Assembly (NCBI GenBank): GCA_964618905.1
Contig: CAZUDK010000003.1
Span: forward strand, 9,783-73,782
Source of the DNA: an uncultured Candidatus Saccharibacteria bacterium
GTDB taxonomy: Bacteria > Patescibacteriota > Minisyncoccia > Phycocordibacterales > Zambryskibacteraceae
Direction: 5' to 3'
Length of the DNA stretch: 64,000 nt
Shown: positions 26,553 through 36,413 of the stretch, one piece after another
Layout: each line of letters starts with the position of its first letter
Position numbering within the stretch: the first letter of the stretch is position 1
Program-made: the position numbers and the translations under genes
The notes under the pieces: generated by a model
Seen by the model: only the letters and a program-made list of their open reading frames with translations
Told to the model about the DNA's origin: nothing
Database searches by the model: none

Positions 26553-27542
26553 ATGCATGAGTTCATTGCTATTGGAGATACAGCCACTGATGTATTTATT
26601 CGGCTTGAAGAAGATAGCGGTGCCAAGGTTGCCGGCAAGCCGGATGATGCTGAATATCGCATTTCTCTGCCTTTTGCAGCCAAGGTTCCTTATAAAGAAG
26701 CAACTACTGTCGCCGGCGTCGGCAATGCTCCGAATGCTTCAGTCGTTGCGGCAAAGCTTGGGCTCTCTTCTGCCCTGGTGGCTCATATAGGCTCTGATCA
26801 GCCCGGCAAGGATGCAATGGAATCTTTGAATGCCCAGGGTGTTGATACAAAATTTGTTATTGCCGAAGAAGGCAAGCATACCAACTACTCTTATATCCTT
26901 TGGTACGAAGATGACAGGACGATTTTAAGACGCAATGAAGAATTTAAATACGTCTTACCTGACCTTGGCATACCGCAGTGGGTTTATGTCAGCTCTATAG
27001 GTTCTAATACTCTCGAAGTTTACGATCAATTGGCGGATTTTCTTGAAAAAAATCCGCAGGTGAAGTTCGCTTTTCAACCCGGAAGTAAAGAAATTCCGCT
27101 AGGCAAGAAACTCTCCCGCCTATATGCTCGGGCTAATATTTATTTTTCTAATGTTGAAGAGGCGGAGAGTATTATTGGTGTTAATACACTTGGTATTAAA
27201 GAACTTATAAAGCGTTTTCACGAGTTGGGGCCAAAAATTGTTGTAATTACCGATGGTCCGAACGGGGCATATGCTTATGATGGAGAAAATATTTACAGGC
27301 AAATGCCGTATCCGGACATAAAGCCGCCTTGTGAGCGCACTGGTGCAGGTGATGCTTTCTCTTCCACAACAGTTGTGGCACTCGCGCTAGGAAAAGATCT
27401 TCCTACTGCTCTCGGATGGGGTGCTGTCAATTCCATGTCAGTAGTACAGCACATAGGCGCTCAGAAAGGGCTTCTCTCTCGCGAAAAAATTGAAGATTAC
27501 CTAGCAAAAGCGCCGTCAGATTTTAAAGCCAAGGCTTTGTAA
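26553..27542 (+). CDS. PfkB-family carbohydrate kinase (phosphofructokinase/ribokinase-like)
   Basis: N-terminal AIGDTATDVF and the C-terminal anion-hole motif ERTGAGDAF. Confidence 0.8.
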   Translation: MHEFIAIGDTATDVFIRLEEDSGAKVAGKPDDAEYRISLPFAAKVPYKEATTVAGVGNAPNASVVAAKLGLSSALVAHIGSDQPGKDAMESLNAQGVDTKFVIAEEGKHTNYSYILWYEDDRTILRRNEEFKYVLPDLGIPQWVYVSSIGSNTLEVYDQLADFLEKNPQVKFAFQPGSKEIPLGKKLSRLYARANIYFSNVEEAESIIGVNTLGIKELIKRFHELGPKIVVITDGPNGAYAYDGENIYRQMPYPDIKPPCERTGAGDAFSSTTVVALALGKDLPTALGWGAVNSMSVVQHIGAQKGLLSREKIEDYLAKAPSDFKAKAL

Positions 27543-27698
27543 ATGAAAAGCCCCCGACCGAAATCGGGGGCAGCGCAGCTCATGAATAGAGCTGCCGGAA
27601 ACGGTCCTCGGTCCACTCACGATGTGGATGGCGAAGACGAACGTCACTATGGCAACTCCGATGAACGAAAGGCTCCACGTCGGATCGCTGTTTTTCAT
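27516..27698 (-). CDS. possible 60-aa single-TM protein (MKNSDPTW...), GC-rich
   Basis: Perfect AGGAGG SD 7 nt before the ATG. The ORF reads through the terminator hairpin and into the pfkB 3' end, so the true stop is uncertain. Confidence 0.3.
   Translation of the reverse strand: MKNSDPTWSLSFIGVAIVTFVFAIHIVSGPRTVSGSSIHELRCPRFRSGAFHLQSLGFKI
27543..27570 (-). terminator. hairpin terminator (cccccga ccgaaa tcggggg) oriented for the minus strand
   Basis: The T-run follows the stem only on the minus strand. Confidence 0.45.
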
Positions 27699-27749
27699 CA
27701 CCCAACCTCCTGAAAGAGTGAAAACAAAGACCTTTCCAGTCAAACTATG

Positions 27750-28232
27750 TCACAAATTATCTTTAAAAGTCAAATATGCAACCGCCCCGACATTGCTGCC
27801 GGGGCGTTCCTTCACGTGATACCATGTGCATTTCTCCACGGTTGGATAAACCTCCACCCATGACCTGCCTGGTCCTGTGAGCGGTATTTCGATGTGGTAC
27901 AGGTGCCCAAGCCCGATGTCGGAAAACTGACCTTGGGGTTTCCTCTTGCGGGAGAAGAGGCGTGCAATCGCACAAATTTTGACAAACCCCGGGCTCTGGA
28001 AAGTGACTTCGCCAGAGAAAGTCTGGATACTCGCCACGTGCCAGTTCGAAGAGGTAAATTCCACCACATCTCCTTCTTGTCCACCGATGAGGAGTGCTGA
28101 AATGATGTTTTCCGTACCAGCCTCCACCTCAACTGCCGTGAAGTACTTCCACGGTTCCACATGGATACTACTAGCGATGGAGGTGCCGATGAGTGTTCCG
28201 GTCATGATCGTGAGGAAAACGTACTTAAGCAT
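27750..28232 (-). CDS. hypothetical secreted protein (160 aa) in a GC-rich island
   Basis: Signal peptide. About 53% GC. TTGACT-N15-TGtTATATA promoter at 28285-28311. Confidence 0.4.
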   Translation of the reverse strand: MLKYVFLTIMTGTLIGTSIASSIHVEPWKYFTAVEVEAGTENIISALLIGGQEGDVVEFTSSNWHVASIQTFSGEVTFQSPGFVKICAIARLFSRKRKPQGQFSDIGLGHLYHIEIPLTGPGRSWVEVYPTVEKCTWYHVKERPGSNVGAVAYLTFKDNL

Positions 28233-28318
28233 CTCTACCTCCAGAGTTGTGGTCAGAAGAGACTGGCTGTGGCTCTCTTTAAGCTATATAACAATACTTT
28301 ATATAAGTCAAATTGATA

Positions 28319-28540
28319 TTATTGTTTGCCAACAAACACAAATCTCGGGACTTTTTCTCCATTCACTTCCACCTCCTCTTCCCACATCGAGGCCGGACGG
28401 ACCCAGAGTGAAGAGACTTCATTTGCATATAAAGCTTCATAGAGCACCATATCTTCAAGAGTTTCCGAATGCTTAACTACTCCTATGACTTTGTATTCCT
28501 TTCCTGATTTTGAATGCTTCCAAGTACCTGGCTTAATCAT
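28319..28540 (-). CDS. DUF1653-like small protein
   Basis: YKVIGVVKHSETLEDMVLYEALY...LWVRP...FVF. The start overlaps the transketolase stop by 4 nt. Confidence 0.55.
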   Translation of the reverse strand: MIKPGTWKHSKSGKEYKVIGVVKHSETLEDMVLYEALYANEVSSLWVRPASMWEEEVEVNGEKVPRFVFVGKQ

Positions 28541-29523
28541 CTTTTTAAAACTCGCTTAACTGCATCAATAATTGCCTTAGTATCTAGTCCATAGTGTTCT
28601 ATTAGCTCCTCCATTTCTCCTGATTGTCCGAACTGGTCTTTAACTGCCACGAATTCCATCGGCACCGGCTGGTTCTCTGCCAAGAGTTCTGCCACTGCCG
28701 ATCCCATACCACCGGCCGCTTGATGCTCTTCGACTGTTACTACCTTGCCGGCGCGCTTGGCCACAGCCAGAATCGTTTTTTCATCGAGAGGTTTGATAGT
28801 AGAGAGATTTACTACAATAGTTTGAATGTCGTCTTTCTCCAGTTTCTTGGCTGCTTCAAGAGCTTTATGAAGCAGTGCGCCGGTGGCGATGATGGCAACT
28901 TCAGGCTTGTCTGTTTGCCAGAAGACTCTCGCTTTACCGATCTCAAAAGGAGTTTTGTTAGTGGTTATTACAGGTGTATTCTCGCGTGCCAAACGTAAGT
29001 AAACCGGAGTGCCAGTGTCTACACTCGCAAGAGTAGCCTTCTTGGCCTCTATAGAATCGCAAGGTGAGATAACAATCATGCGAGGGATTACTCTGGTGAT
29101 AGCTATATCTTCTATAGCTTGGTGTGTACCGCCGTCCGGACCGACTGATACGCCAGCATGTGAGCCTGCGATTTTGACAGGTTGGTTGTTGTAACAAATA
29201 GTAGTGCGTATCTGCTCCCAATTTCTGCCCGGACTAAACATTGCATAGGAAGAGATAAATGGAATCTTGCCCATGGCTGCCATGCCTGAAGCCACTGCTG
29301 CCAAGTTCTGCTCGGCAACACCTATCTCCACAAAACGGTTTGGAAATTTGTTACGGAAAAGATGCATCTTGGTCGATTCCGTAAGATCTGCGCACAGCCC
29401 TACTACTTGCGGATTTTTTTCTCCAGCAGCAAGCAAGCCTTCTCCGAAGCCCGTGCGGATGGCGATTTGCTCGACTTTCTTGTCGAACATTTTTTCATTT
29501 AAATGTAATTCAGGATTAAGCAT
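28537..29523 (-). CDS. transketolase, C-terminal section (pyrimidine-binding plus C-terminal domains)
   Basis: FVEIGVAEQNLAAVASGMA and HAGVSVGPDGGTHQAIEDIA. Confidence 0.9.
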   Translation of the reverse strand: MLNPELHLNEKMFDKKVEQIAIRTGFGEGLLAAGEKNPQVVGLCADLTESTKMHLFRNKFPNRFVEIGVAEQNLAAVASGMAAMGKIPFISSYAMFSPGRNWEQIRTTICYNNQPVKIAGSHAGVSVGPDGGTHQAIEDIAITRVIPRMIVISPCDSIEAKKATLASVDTGTPVYLRLARENTPVITTNKTPFEIGKARVFWQTDKPEVAIIATGALLHKALEAAKKLEKDDIQTIVVNLSTIKPLDEKTILAVAKRAGKVVTVEEHQAAGGMGSAVAELLAENQPVPMEFVAVKDQFGQSGEMEELIEHYGLDTKAIIDAVKRVLKR

Positions 29524-29590
29524 TACGGTCGAAGTATATCCATAATTATTTGGTCCCAGTATTCCTTAAGAAATTTTTTTATCTTATGCA

Positions 29591-30457
29591 TCATTGGTGT
29601 TCGCTTTTTATTTTGTTGCCAAGAGTTCTTAGCTCTTTAAGAGCGAGGTCTGCTTCTTCTTTGTTTGGCGGCTTGCCGTGCCAGCGGTAGTCTCGCTCGA
29701 ACTCTGGTACGCCTTTGCCGGCTATAGTATGTGCAATGATCACCACAGGTTGGCCGAAGACAGCTTTTGCTTCCTCAAAAGCGTCTGCTATTTCTTCTAT
29801 ATTATGTCCGTCTATTTCAATGACATGCCAGTTCCATGCTCTCCATTTATCAGAGAGCGATTCAAGAGGCATGACATCTTCCGTGTAGCCGTCTATTTGG
29901 ATATTATTCCTGTCTACTACGGCCGTAAGGTTCCCGAGTCCTTCCTTGCCGGCAAGCATGGCTGCTTCCCAGCTGGCGCCGGATTCCAGTTCTCCGTCAG
30001 AGAGCAGGCAATATATTCTGCGATGGCTAGTCTCTCCATTGTCTCGCTTGTCTGAGAGAGCCATGCCGACTGCTTGCGCAAGACCTGATGCAAGAGGACC
30101 AGAGCTTGTCTCAAGCATTGGCAAAAAATCTCTATGCGGGTGACCTTGCAGGCGCGAGCCAAACTTTCGTAAAGTCATAAGTTCTTCTACTGGAAAATAG
30201 CCGGCATAAGCCATAGAAGCGTATAGAACAGGACAAATGTGGCCATTTGAAAGTACGAGCCGGTCCCTCTCCGGCCAATGCGGATTTTTGGGATCCTGCT
30301 TTAAGGTATGAAAGTAAAGAACGGTGAATATGTCTGCCATATCAAGAGGGCCGGCAGTATGTCCGGAACCGGCTTCAAGAAGCATCTTTATGACAGCCTT
30401 ACGGATTTCATTTGCTCTCTCTTCCAGCTCTATGATTTTTTCTTCTGTGATGACCAT
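29591..30457 (-). CDS. transketolase, N-terminal section (TPP-binding)
   Basis: GSGHTAGPLDMADIF, LSNGH and GELESG. Confidence 0.9.
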   Translation of the reverse strand: MVITEEKIIELEERANEIRKAVIKMLLEAGSGHTAGPLDMADIFTVLYFHTLKQDPKNPHWPERDRLVLSNGHICPVLYASMAYAGYFPVEELMTLRKFGSRLQGHPHRDFLPMLETSSGPLASGLAQAVGMALSDKRDNGETSHRRIYCLLSDGELESGASWEAAMLAGKEGLGNLTAVVDRNNIQIDGYTEDVMPLESLSDKWRAWNWHVIEIDGHNIEEIADAFEEAKAVFGQPVVIIAHTIAGKGVPEFERDYRWHGKPPNKEEADLALKELRTLGNKIKSEHQ

Positions 30458-30987
30458 AATTCTTTAAATCCGGAACCAACCACAACTCTATCGACTCCGG
30501 CATCTTCTAATGCTTTTATGTTTTCAATATTTACACCTCCGTCCACACTTATTGGAATTGTGGGAAATTTCTCTCGTACTTTCTTTATTCTATCAAAAAC
30601 CTCCGATTCAAAAGGGTGCCCTTGTCCACCGATTTTTTCTATGGACATAAGTTGAATAAAATCCACTTTGTCCACTAAAGGAAAAATATTTTCTATAGGC
30701 ACTTGCATCTCTACCCCGAGTCCGATTTCAATATTTTCTTTGAGCGCTAATATTTCTTCTGACAAAAAATGAACGATTATTCTTTCTATTCCTCTCTTTG
30801 TCCAGCTTTTAGCAAGTTCTCTGGGATCATCAGCCATTATATGAACTTCAAGGCTTTTGTCTGTTGCGAGTGCGATGTCTTTGTCGAGTATGTCTAAATG
30901 CAAGAGCTCTATTTCTTCAGGTATGTCAGAGAGCTTTTGTTTAAAGTCTTCAATATCTGTCGGCAGTATAGCTGGGATAATCTTCAT
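30430..30987 (-). CDS. rpe: ribulose-phosphate 3-epimerase (short form)
   Basis: IIPAIL, HLDILD, EVHIMADDP and SVDGGVN. Confidence 0.7.
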   Translation of the reverse strand: MKIIPAILPTDIEDFKQKLSDIPEEIELLHLDILDKDIALATDKSLEVHIMADDPRELAKSWTKRGIERIIVHFLSEEILALKENIEIGLGVEMQVPIENIFPLVDKVDFIQLMSIEKIGGQGHPFESEVFDRIKKVREKFPTIPISVDGGVNIENIKALEDAGVDRVVVGSGFKELWSSQKKKS

Positions 30988-31463
30988 TGTTTGCCAAGTT
31001 TTTCTATTTTAGCCAGTCGCCTCTTATGCCTCTCCTCTCCGGTAAATGGCGTTGCCAGCCACTCTTTTACTGCGGCTTTGGCCTCATCTTCTGTTATAAA
31101 TCTTGCTCCCAAAGAAAGAATATTAGAATCATTATGTTCTCTGGAGAGTTTAATGATTGAGTCTTCACCTTCACCTGCTACGCATTTGCTCTTACCGTAA
31201 TAAACTGCTGCTCTTACTCCGTGGAATCTGTTTGCTATCATTGCCTCCCCTTGGCCGGAGCCTCCAAACAATATTCCTCTTGCTTCGCCGGATGACTTTG
31301 ATATTTCTTCGGCAACAGGAATCATGAAATCAGGATAATCATCAGTTTCCGTATATTCATAGGCACCTTTATCCTCGACTTCATGTCCAAGTTCTGCAAT
31401 GTAAGGTTTAAGCTTCTCTTTGAGACCGAAGCCTGCATGATCTGCTCCTACATAAATTTTCAT
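30984..31463 (-). CDS. rpiB: ribose-5-phosphate isomerase B
   Basis: MKIYVGADHAGF, ILFGGSGQGEAMIANR and ARFITEDEAK. Confidence 0.85.
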   Translation of the reverse strand: MKIYVGADHAGFGLKEKLKPYIAELGHEVEDKGAYEYTETDDYPDFMIPVAEEISKSSGEARGILFGGSGQGEAMIANRFHGVRAAVYYGKSKCVAGEGEDSIIKLSREHNDSNILSLGARFITEDEAKAAVKEWLATPFTGEERHKRRLAKIEKLGKQ

Positions 31464-31475
31464 TTGCTTTAGGTT

Positions 31476-32507
31476 TTAGATACTCTTTCCAAGTTTTATT
31501 ACATGTTTGAGCAAGGTGCTGGTATACCCCATTTCGTTATCATACCAAGCCATAACCTTGACCAGATTGCCTCCCACAACCCTAGTCATAGCAAGATCTG
31601 CTGTAGAACCGTAGGTATTTCCTATTATATCAGTTGATACGAGTTCATCTTCTGTAACTGCGAACACGCCTTGCCATCTTTCATCTTCTGCCGCTTTTCG
31701 GAGAAAATTGTTTACCTCTTCTGCACTGGTATTTTTTTTAGAGATAAAAGTAACATCTACAAGAGAGCCGACTTTCACCGGTACTCTGGTAGAGATGCCG
31801 TCAAAGAGTCCGGAGAGCTTAGTAAAAGCTTTTGTAACAGCTATAGCCGCACCAGTACTTGAAGGAACAATATTTTCTGCGGCTGCGCGTCCTTCTCTGA
31901 GACCTTTCTTGGAAGGGCCGTCGACAAGCGATTGCGAAGCTGTGTAGCCGTGCACCGTATTAAGAACAGCCTTTTCTATTCCGAGAGATTCATCAAGAAT
32001 AGCTATAAGAGGCGAACCGGCATTGGTAGTGCAAGAAGCATTTGAGGTTATTTTGCAGGTAGATAGTTTTTCTTCATTGACTCCCAAGAGCACGGTTGCG
32101 CCTTCTATATCTGGCAGAGGGTCATCTTTCATTGGAGCGGAAACCACTACCCTTTTGGCACCGGCTTCCAGATGAGCTTTTGCACTTTCATATTTGGTAA
32201 ATGCACCAGTCGATTCGACAACTACGTCTATGCCAAGAGCTTCCCAAGGCAGTTTGGAAGGATCTTTTTCCGAGTAGAAGCTGACTTCATGACCATCTAT
32301 GAATAGTGTTTTTCCTCCATTTCTAACTTCTATGTTGAATTTAGAAGGGCCATAGACACTGTCATACTTGAGTAGGTATGCAATATCCTCAATATCACCG
32401 AGATCGTTAATAGCAACCACTTCTACATCACTGTTTTCTTTAGAGAGCCTGTAAAAAGCTCGTCCTATTCTTCCTGCGCCATTGATTGCTACTCGTAATT
32501 TATTCAT
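31476..32507 (-). CDS. gap: type I glyceraldehyde-3-phosphate dehydrogenase
   Basis: NGAGRIGR and SNASCTTN (catalytic Cys). Confidence 0.9.
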   Translation of the reverse strand: MNKLRVAINGAGRIGRAFYRLSKENSDVEVVAINDLGDIEDIAYLLKYDSVYGPSKFNIEVRNGGKTLFIDGHEVSFYSEKDPSKLPWEALGIDVVVESTGAFTKYESAKAHLEAGAKRVVVSAPMKDDPLPDIEGATVLLGVNEEKLSTCKITSNASCTTNAGSPLIAILDESLGIEKAVLNTVHGYTASQSLVDGPSKKGLREGRAAAENIVPSSTGAAIAVTKAFTKLSGLFDGISTRVPVKVGSLVDVTFISKKNTSAEEVNNFLRKAAEDERWQGVFAVTEDELVSTDIIGNTYGSTADLAMTRVVGGNLVKVMAWYDNEMGYTSTLLKHVIKLGKSI

Positions 32508-32530
32508 CTGTTAAGCTGTTTTGTTTAGTA

Positions 32531-33583
32531 TTATTTTTCAGTAGCGGATTCATTTTCTGCCTCTGCGGTCATAGGCAAGGATTCTTGCACTGGAGAATTA
32601 GATTCTGCATGAGCACCTGAATCTACTTCGTAGCTGGTATTCTGAGATTCGAAGAAGTTTACCAGCTCATACACGTCAGTGGCTGTTCCCATCCACTTTG
32701 CGGGATTGGTAGAACCGTAATGCTTTGGCAGACCAAGCTCTTCAAGACGTCTGTCAGCGATGTATTGAACGTATTGGTTCACATAGCTTGAATTCAATCC
32801 AAGGATTCCCTGCGGGAATAGATCTTTGTTGTAGGCAGTCTCCAGATTAACTCCTTCAATTATTATATCTCTGATTTCAGCAGCAAAGTCTTCTGTTAAA
32901 AGCTCCGAATTCTCTTCCAGAATGTTGTGAACAAGATTGATACCAAACTTTAAGTGCAGAGATTCATCTCTGATAACCCAGTTGATCATAGAGCCGAAAT
33001 TTCTCAGCTGATTTCTTTGTCTGAACGAGAGAGCAACCATGAATCCTGAATAGAACCAAATACCTTCCATGACAATGTTTGTGGCTACCAGGTTTCTAAG
33101 GAAGTCCTTTTTACCTTCCGGTGTGGATATGTCGAGGGTATCCTCTGTCATTCGGGACATGTACTTGTTTATGTATGCTTCCTTGGCAAGCATGGAAGGA
33201 ACATCGAGGTGCAGATCAAATATTTTCTCCTTATCGAACGGGAAAGTCTGAAGAACGTATTCGAAAGCTACGCAATGGTTTGCCTCTTCCCACATCTGCT
33301 TTGCAAGATAAAGGTGGCATTCAGGACTTTTAAGATATGGATATATACCAAGAGCTATAGAACGGTTAACTATCAGCTCTGCAGGGTTAAAGAATGCCAT
33401 CAAAAACTTAACAGCATGCTTTTCATCCTCAGTCATTTTCTCCCAGTCTTGAAGGTCTTCCTTGAGGGCTATCTCATGAGGAAACCATGTGTTGCGAACA
33501 GCTTGATTATAAAGATCGTATGCCCACGGATATCTCAGCGGGTGCAGATTCATGTCATCGGGTGTAGCTTTTCCTATCAGCAT
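32531..33583 (-). CDS. nrdB: ribonucleotide reductase class I small (beta) subunit
   Basis: Di-iron ligand motifs (EANH, ESLH) and an acidic C-terminus. Confidence 0.85.
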   Translation of the reverse strand: MLIGKATPDDMNLHPLRYPWAYDLYNQAVRNTWFPHEIALKEDLQDWEKMTEDEKHAVKFLMAFFNPAELIVNRSIALGIYPYLKSPECHLYLAKQMWEEANHCVAFEYVLQTFPFDKEKIFDLHLDVPSMLAKEAYINKYMSRMTEDTLDISTPEGKKDFLRNLVATNIVMEGIWFYSGFMVALSFRQRNQLRNFGSMINWVIRDESLHLKFGINLVHNILEENSELLTEDFAAEIRDIIIEGVNLETAYNKDLFPQGILGLNSSYVNQYVQYIADRRLEELGLPKHYGSTNPAKWMGTATDVYELVNFFESQNTSYEVDSGAHAESNSPVQESLPMTAEAENESATEK

Positions 33584-33635
33584 TTCTAGATTTTTTTAAT
33601 TTATAAATTACAAAATAAATTTTATCACTTTCTGA

Positions 33636-36326
33636 CTATTGACAGCTGTCGCAGATAAGTGCGTTCTGTGGATCTTCGGGTATATAGACATTGTATTCTT
33701 TACTTTTGGAATCCGTATTCTGGCTTACTGGCGGCTGGTCTTGAGTCTGTGCAACCTGAGGAGTGGTATTTTCTTGCTCTACTGCAGAATTAGCAGGATT
33801 TTCTTCTGGCTGGTGTTCTGTCTTTGGTACTTCAACCAGTTCCTTTTCAGGAATGTTGACTGTGATGACTTCGCCGGATGCAACTGGCTCTGTTACGGCT
33901 TCTTTGAATAGATTTGAACTCTTGAGATCTCCGATAGCTGCAAAGCCTCTCTTGCCAATGACTTGAGCTTTGTTGACCTTCACGGTTGATTGCTCGGCTG
34001 TATGCCTTGGCTTCATGTGTAGATAGTAAGTAGATTTAAGACCTTTTTTCCAAGCTGTTTTGTATATTTCAAGAGTCTGGTGGATATCTCTGGTTTCAAG
34101 GTAAATATTTCTTGAAATTGCTTGGTCGAACCATTTTTGTGCTCGAGCAGCCACTTCCACATAAGCAAATGGCGAATTAGTGAATGAAGTCTTATAAACA
34201 TCTCTTATGTGCTGAGGAATAATATCTATGTCTGATATATCCCCTTGTTTTTCTATGATGGCTTCTCGAACTTCTTCCCAAATACCCATATTTTTTAAAT
34301 CCATGACAAGATTTCTGTTTATATCGAGATACTTGCCGCTGATTTTATTCCTTGAAAATACTTGGCTGAAACGAGCATCCATACCTGGAACGGTACCTGC
34401 TACAAGACCGATGTTGGCGTTGGGAGCCACGGCCATGAGGGTTGCATTTCTAATACCCTTCTTCACTTTTTCTCGAAGAATATCCCAGTCTAGTCCTTTG
34501 TGATGGCTTGATTTGTCTAGGTCTAAGGCCGTTCCTCTGTCTTCTTCGAGAGTTTTGATCGAGTCGAATGGTACCTTGCCTTTACTCCACTCCGAGCCGG
34601 CGAAATTTGAGTATGCACCTCTCTTGGCGGCCAGGTTAGTACTTTCGTCTATAGCCATATAGGAGACAAATTCAAAAACCCTGTCAGCAAAGTTGTAGGC
34701 GTGTACTGAATCATAAGGCAAGCCAAGTTTCTCGAAGACATCCGCAATACCCATGACACCAAGACCTACTGCCCTATTCTCCTTATCTGATTTTCTGGCT
34801 TCCGGCAGTGATAAATCATTTATATCAACCAAGTTGTCCAGCATTCTTACAGCTGTTCGCACTGTTTCTTCAAGTTTCTGCCAATTTACTTCCTTGTTTA
34901 CCACATGTGATGCAAGGTTTACAGAAGCTAGGTTGCAGACAGCTATATTGTCTTTGTCTTGAGGTAGGCAGATTTCCGTGCACAGGTTCGACATGTGAAT
35001 TGTGCCGGTATTGTTGTTGAGAGCTCTTAGATTTATAGAGTCCTTCCAAACTTGCCATGGATGAGCTGTAGTTTGCAGAGAAACTGTCATTTTGTGGTAC
35101 AGTTCTGTAGCCGGCATTTTCTTGAAAGTCCTGAGTTTGCCTTCCTTAGCCATTTCCACATATTCAGCGTATCTCTTGCTGAAAGCTGCGCCGTAAAGCT
35201 CCACCAAGTCTGGAGTTTCCTTTGGGTCAAATAGATACCATTCCTCTTCCCTTTCAACTCTCTTCATGAACTCGTCAGATATGTAGGCAGCAGTGTTTGC
35301 TGTACGCATTCTCATGTAGTCATCACCGGCATTGTGCTTCCATTCCAAAAATTCCGGAAAGTCCAGGTGCCAGTTTTCCATATAAAAGCAGAGAGCGCCT
35401 TTCTTTTTACCTCCGCGCTGGATGGCCCTTATAGCGGTATCCATGATCTTGGCGAAAGGTGTCGGTCCTGTAGAAACTCCTCCGCCAGCTGATATTAAGG
35501 GAGAGCCAGCAGAACGCAGTTTGGTCAAAGATACGCCAAGTCCGCCGGAGAATTTAGAGAGCATCATCACATCAGAGACAGACTTTGAAATATGTGACAT
35601 GTCATCTTCCACTTGAAGCAGGAAACAGTTTGATAAAGTAGCTCTAGTGGTGCCTGCTCCCAGATTGCACGATCCTCCAGCAATGAAGTCAAGCTTAGAC
35701 ATCTTGTTGTAGAACTTCTTGGCCCATTCAGTAGGATTTTCCTCATTGTAAGAGAGCCCCATGGCTACTCGCATGAAAAAATATTGAGGGGTCTCAAGCG
35801 GTCTTTGATCTTGATCTTTAATTGTGTAGCGATCTAAGAGGCTTGAAAGTCCAGCGAACTGAAATAGCTCATCTCTCCTGATATCGAGAGTATTTGCAAG
35901 CTCTTGAAGATCAAATTTCTCCTTCATTCGCTTGTCCAACTTGCCGTTTTCGATCTCTTTTTCTATGTATTCTGGGAAGAATTTTCTATGCTTTTCCTCA
36001 AGACTCTTTGGATCATTGCTGTATTCTCCTAAAACATTCTTGTATATGGTCTTGGCAAGCAGTCTGGTGGCTATTTTGTCATAGTCTGGATCTTCTTTGA
36101 CATTTTGGATGGCGGCATTGATGGTCGCTTCGTCCATCTCTTGGGTGGTGATGCCGTCGTATAGGGTCAGACGGGTTTCCGTGGCTACTTGAATGACTTT
36201 AGCTACTGGATCTATGAGACCTTCCGCTGCACGCTCTATGGATTTGTTGATTTTATCGGCATTAAACGGCTCTTTGGTGCCATCTCGGTGTGTAATATGG
36301 ATGTTAAGAAGTGATTGTTGAAGCAT
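33636..36326 (-). CDS. nrdA: ribonucleotide reductase class I large (alpha) subunit with an ATP-cone and a long low-complexity C-terminal tail ending in CDSCQ
   Basis: N-terminal ATP-cone, SNLCTEI active site, and a C-terminal Cys pair. Confidence 0.9.
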   Translation of the reverse strand: MLQQSLLNIHITHRDGTKEPFNADKINKSIERAAEGLIDPVAKVIQVATETRLTLYDGITTQEMDEATINAAIQNVKEDPDYDKIATRLLAKTIYKNVLGEYSNDPKSLEEKHRKFFPEYIEKEIENGKLDKRMKEKFDLQELANTLDIRRDELFQFAGLSSLLDRYTIKDQDQRPLETPQYFFMRVAMGLSYNEENPTEWAKKFYNKMSKLDFIAGGSCNLGAGTTRATLSNCFLLQVEDDMSHISKSVSDVMMLSKFSGGLGVSLTKLRSAGSPLISAGGGVSTGPTPFAKIMDTAIRAIQRGGKKKGALCFYMENWHLDFPEFLEWKHNAGDDYMRMRTANTAAYISDEFMKRVEREEEWYLFDPKETPDLVELYGAAFSKRYAEYVEMAKEGKLRTFKKMPATELYHKMTVSLQTTAHPWQVWKDSINLRALNNNTGTIHMSNLCTEICLPQDKDNIAVCNLASVNLASHVVNKEVNWQKLEETVRTAVRMLDNLVDINDLSLPEARKSDKENRAVGLGVMGIADVFEKLGLPYDSVHAYNFADRVFEFVSYMAIDESTNLAAKRGAYSNFAGSEWSKGKVPFDSIKTLEEDRGTALDLDKSSHHKGLDWDILREKVKKGIRNATLMAVAPNANIGLVAGTVPGMDARFSQVFSRNKISGKYLDINRNLVMDLKNMGIWEEVREAIIEKQGDISDIDIIPQHIRDVYKTSFTNSPFAYVEVAARAQKWFDQAISRNIYLETRDIHQTLEIYKTAWKKGLKSTYYLHMKPRHTAEQSTVKVNKAQVIGKRGFAAIGDLKSSNLFKEAVTEPVASGEVITVNIPEKELVEVPKTEHQPEENPANSAVEQENTTPQVAQTQDQPPVSQNTDSKSKEYNVYIPEDPQNALICDSCQ

Positions 36327-36413
36327 AAAGAATTGGAAAAGCTAACTTGTTTACTAATTGTACATAGAAAAAACTTCGTAAGAAGTGGATAAAGGATTGA
36401 AACTCCGAGCAAT

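Noticed and set aside
27946-28476. 176-aa plus-strand ORF and several others in all frames across 27800-28500
   Set aside because: High local GC removes stop codons in every frame. Only the minus-strand 160-aa ORF has a signal peptide, promoter and terminator in the proper positions.
36327-36413. NrdR box upstream of nrdA
   Set aside because: The best candidate (gcacaatagattgctc) matches only 11 of 16 consensus positions and no nrdR gene is in the window.
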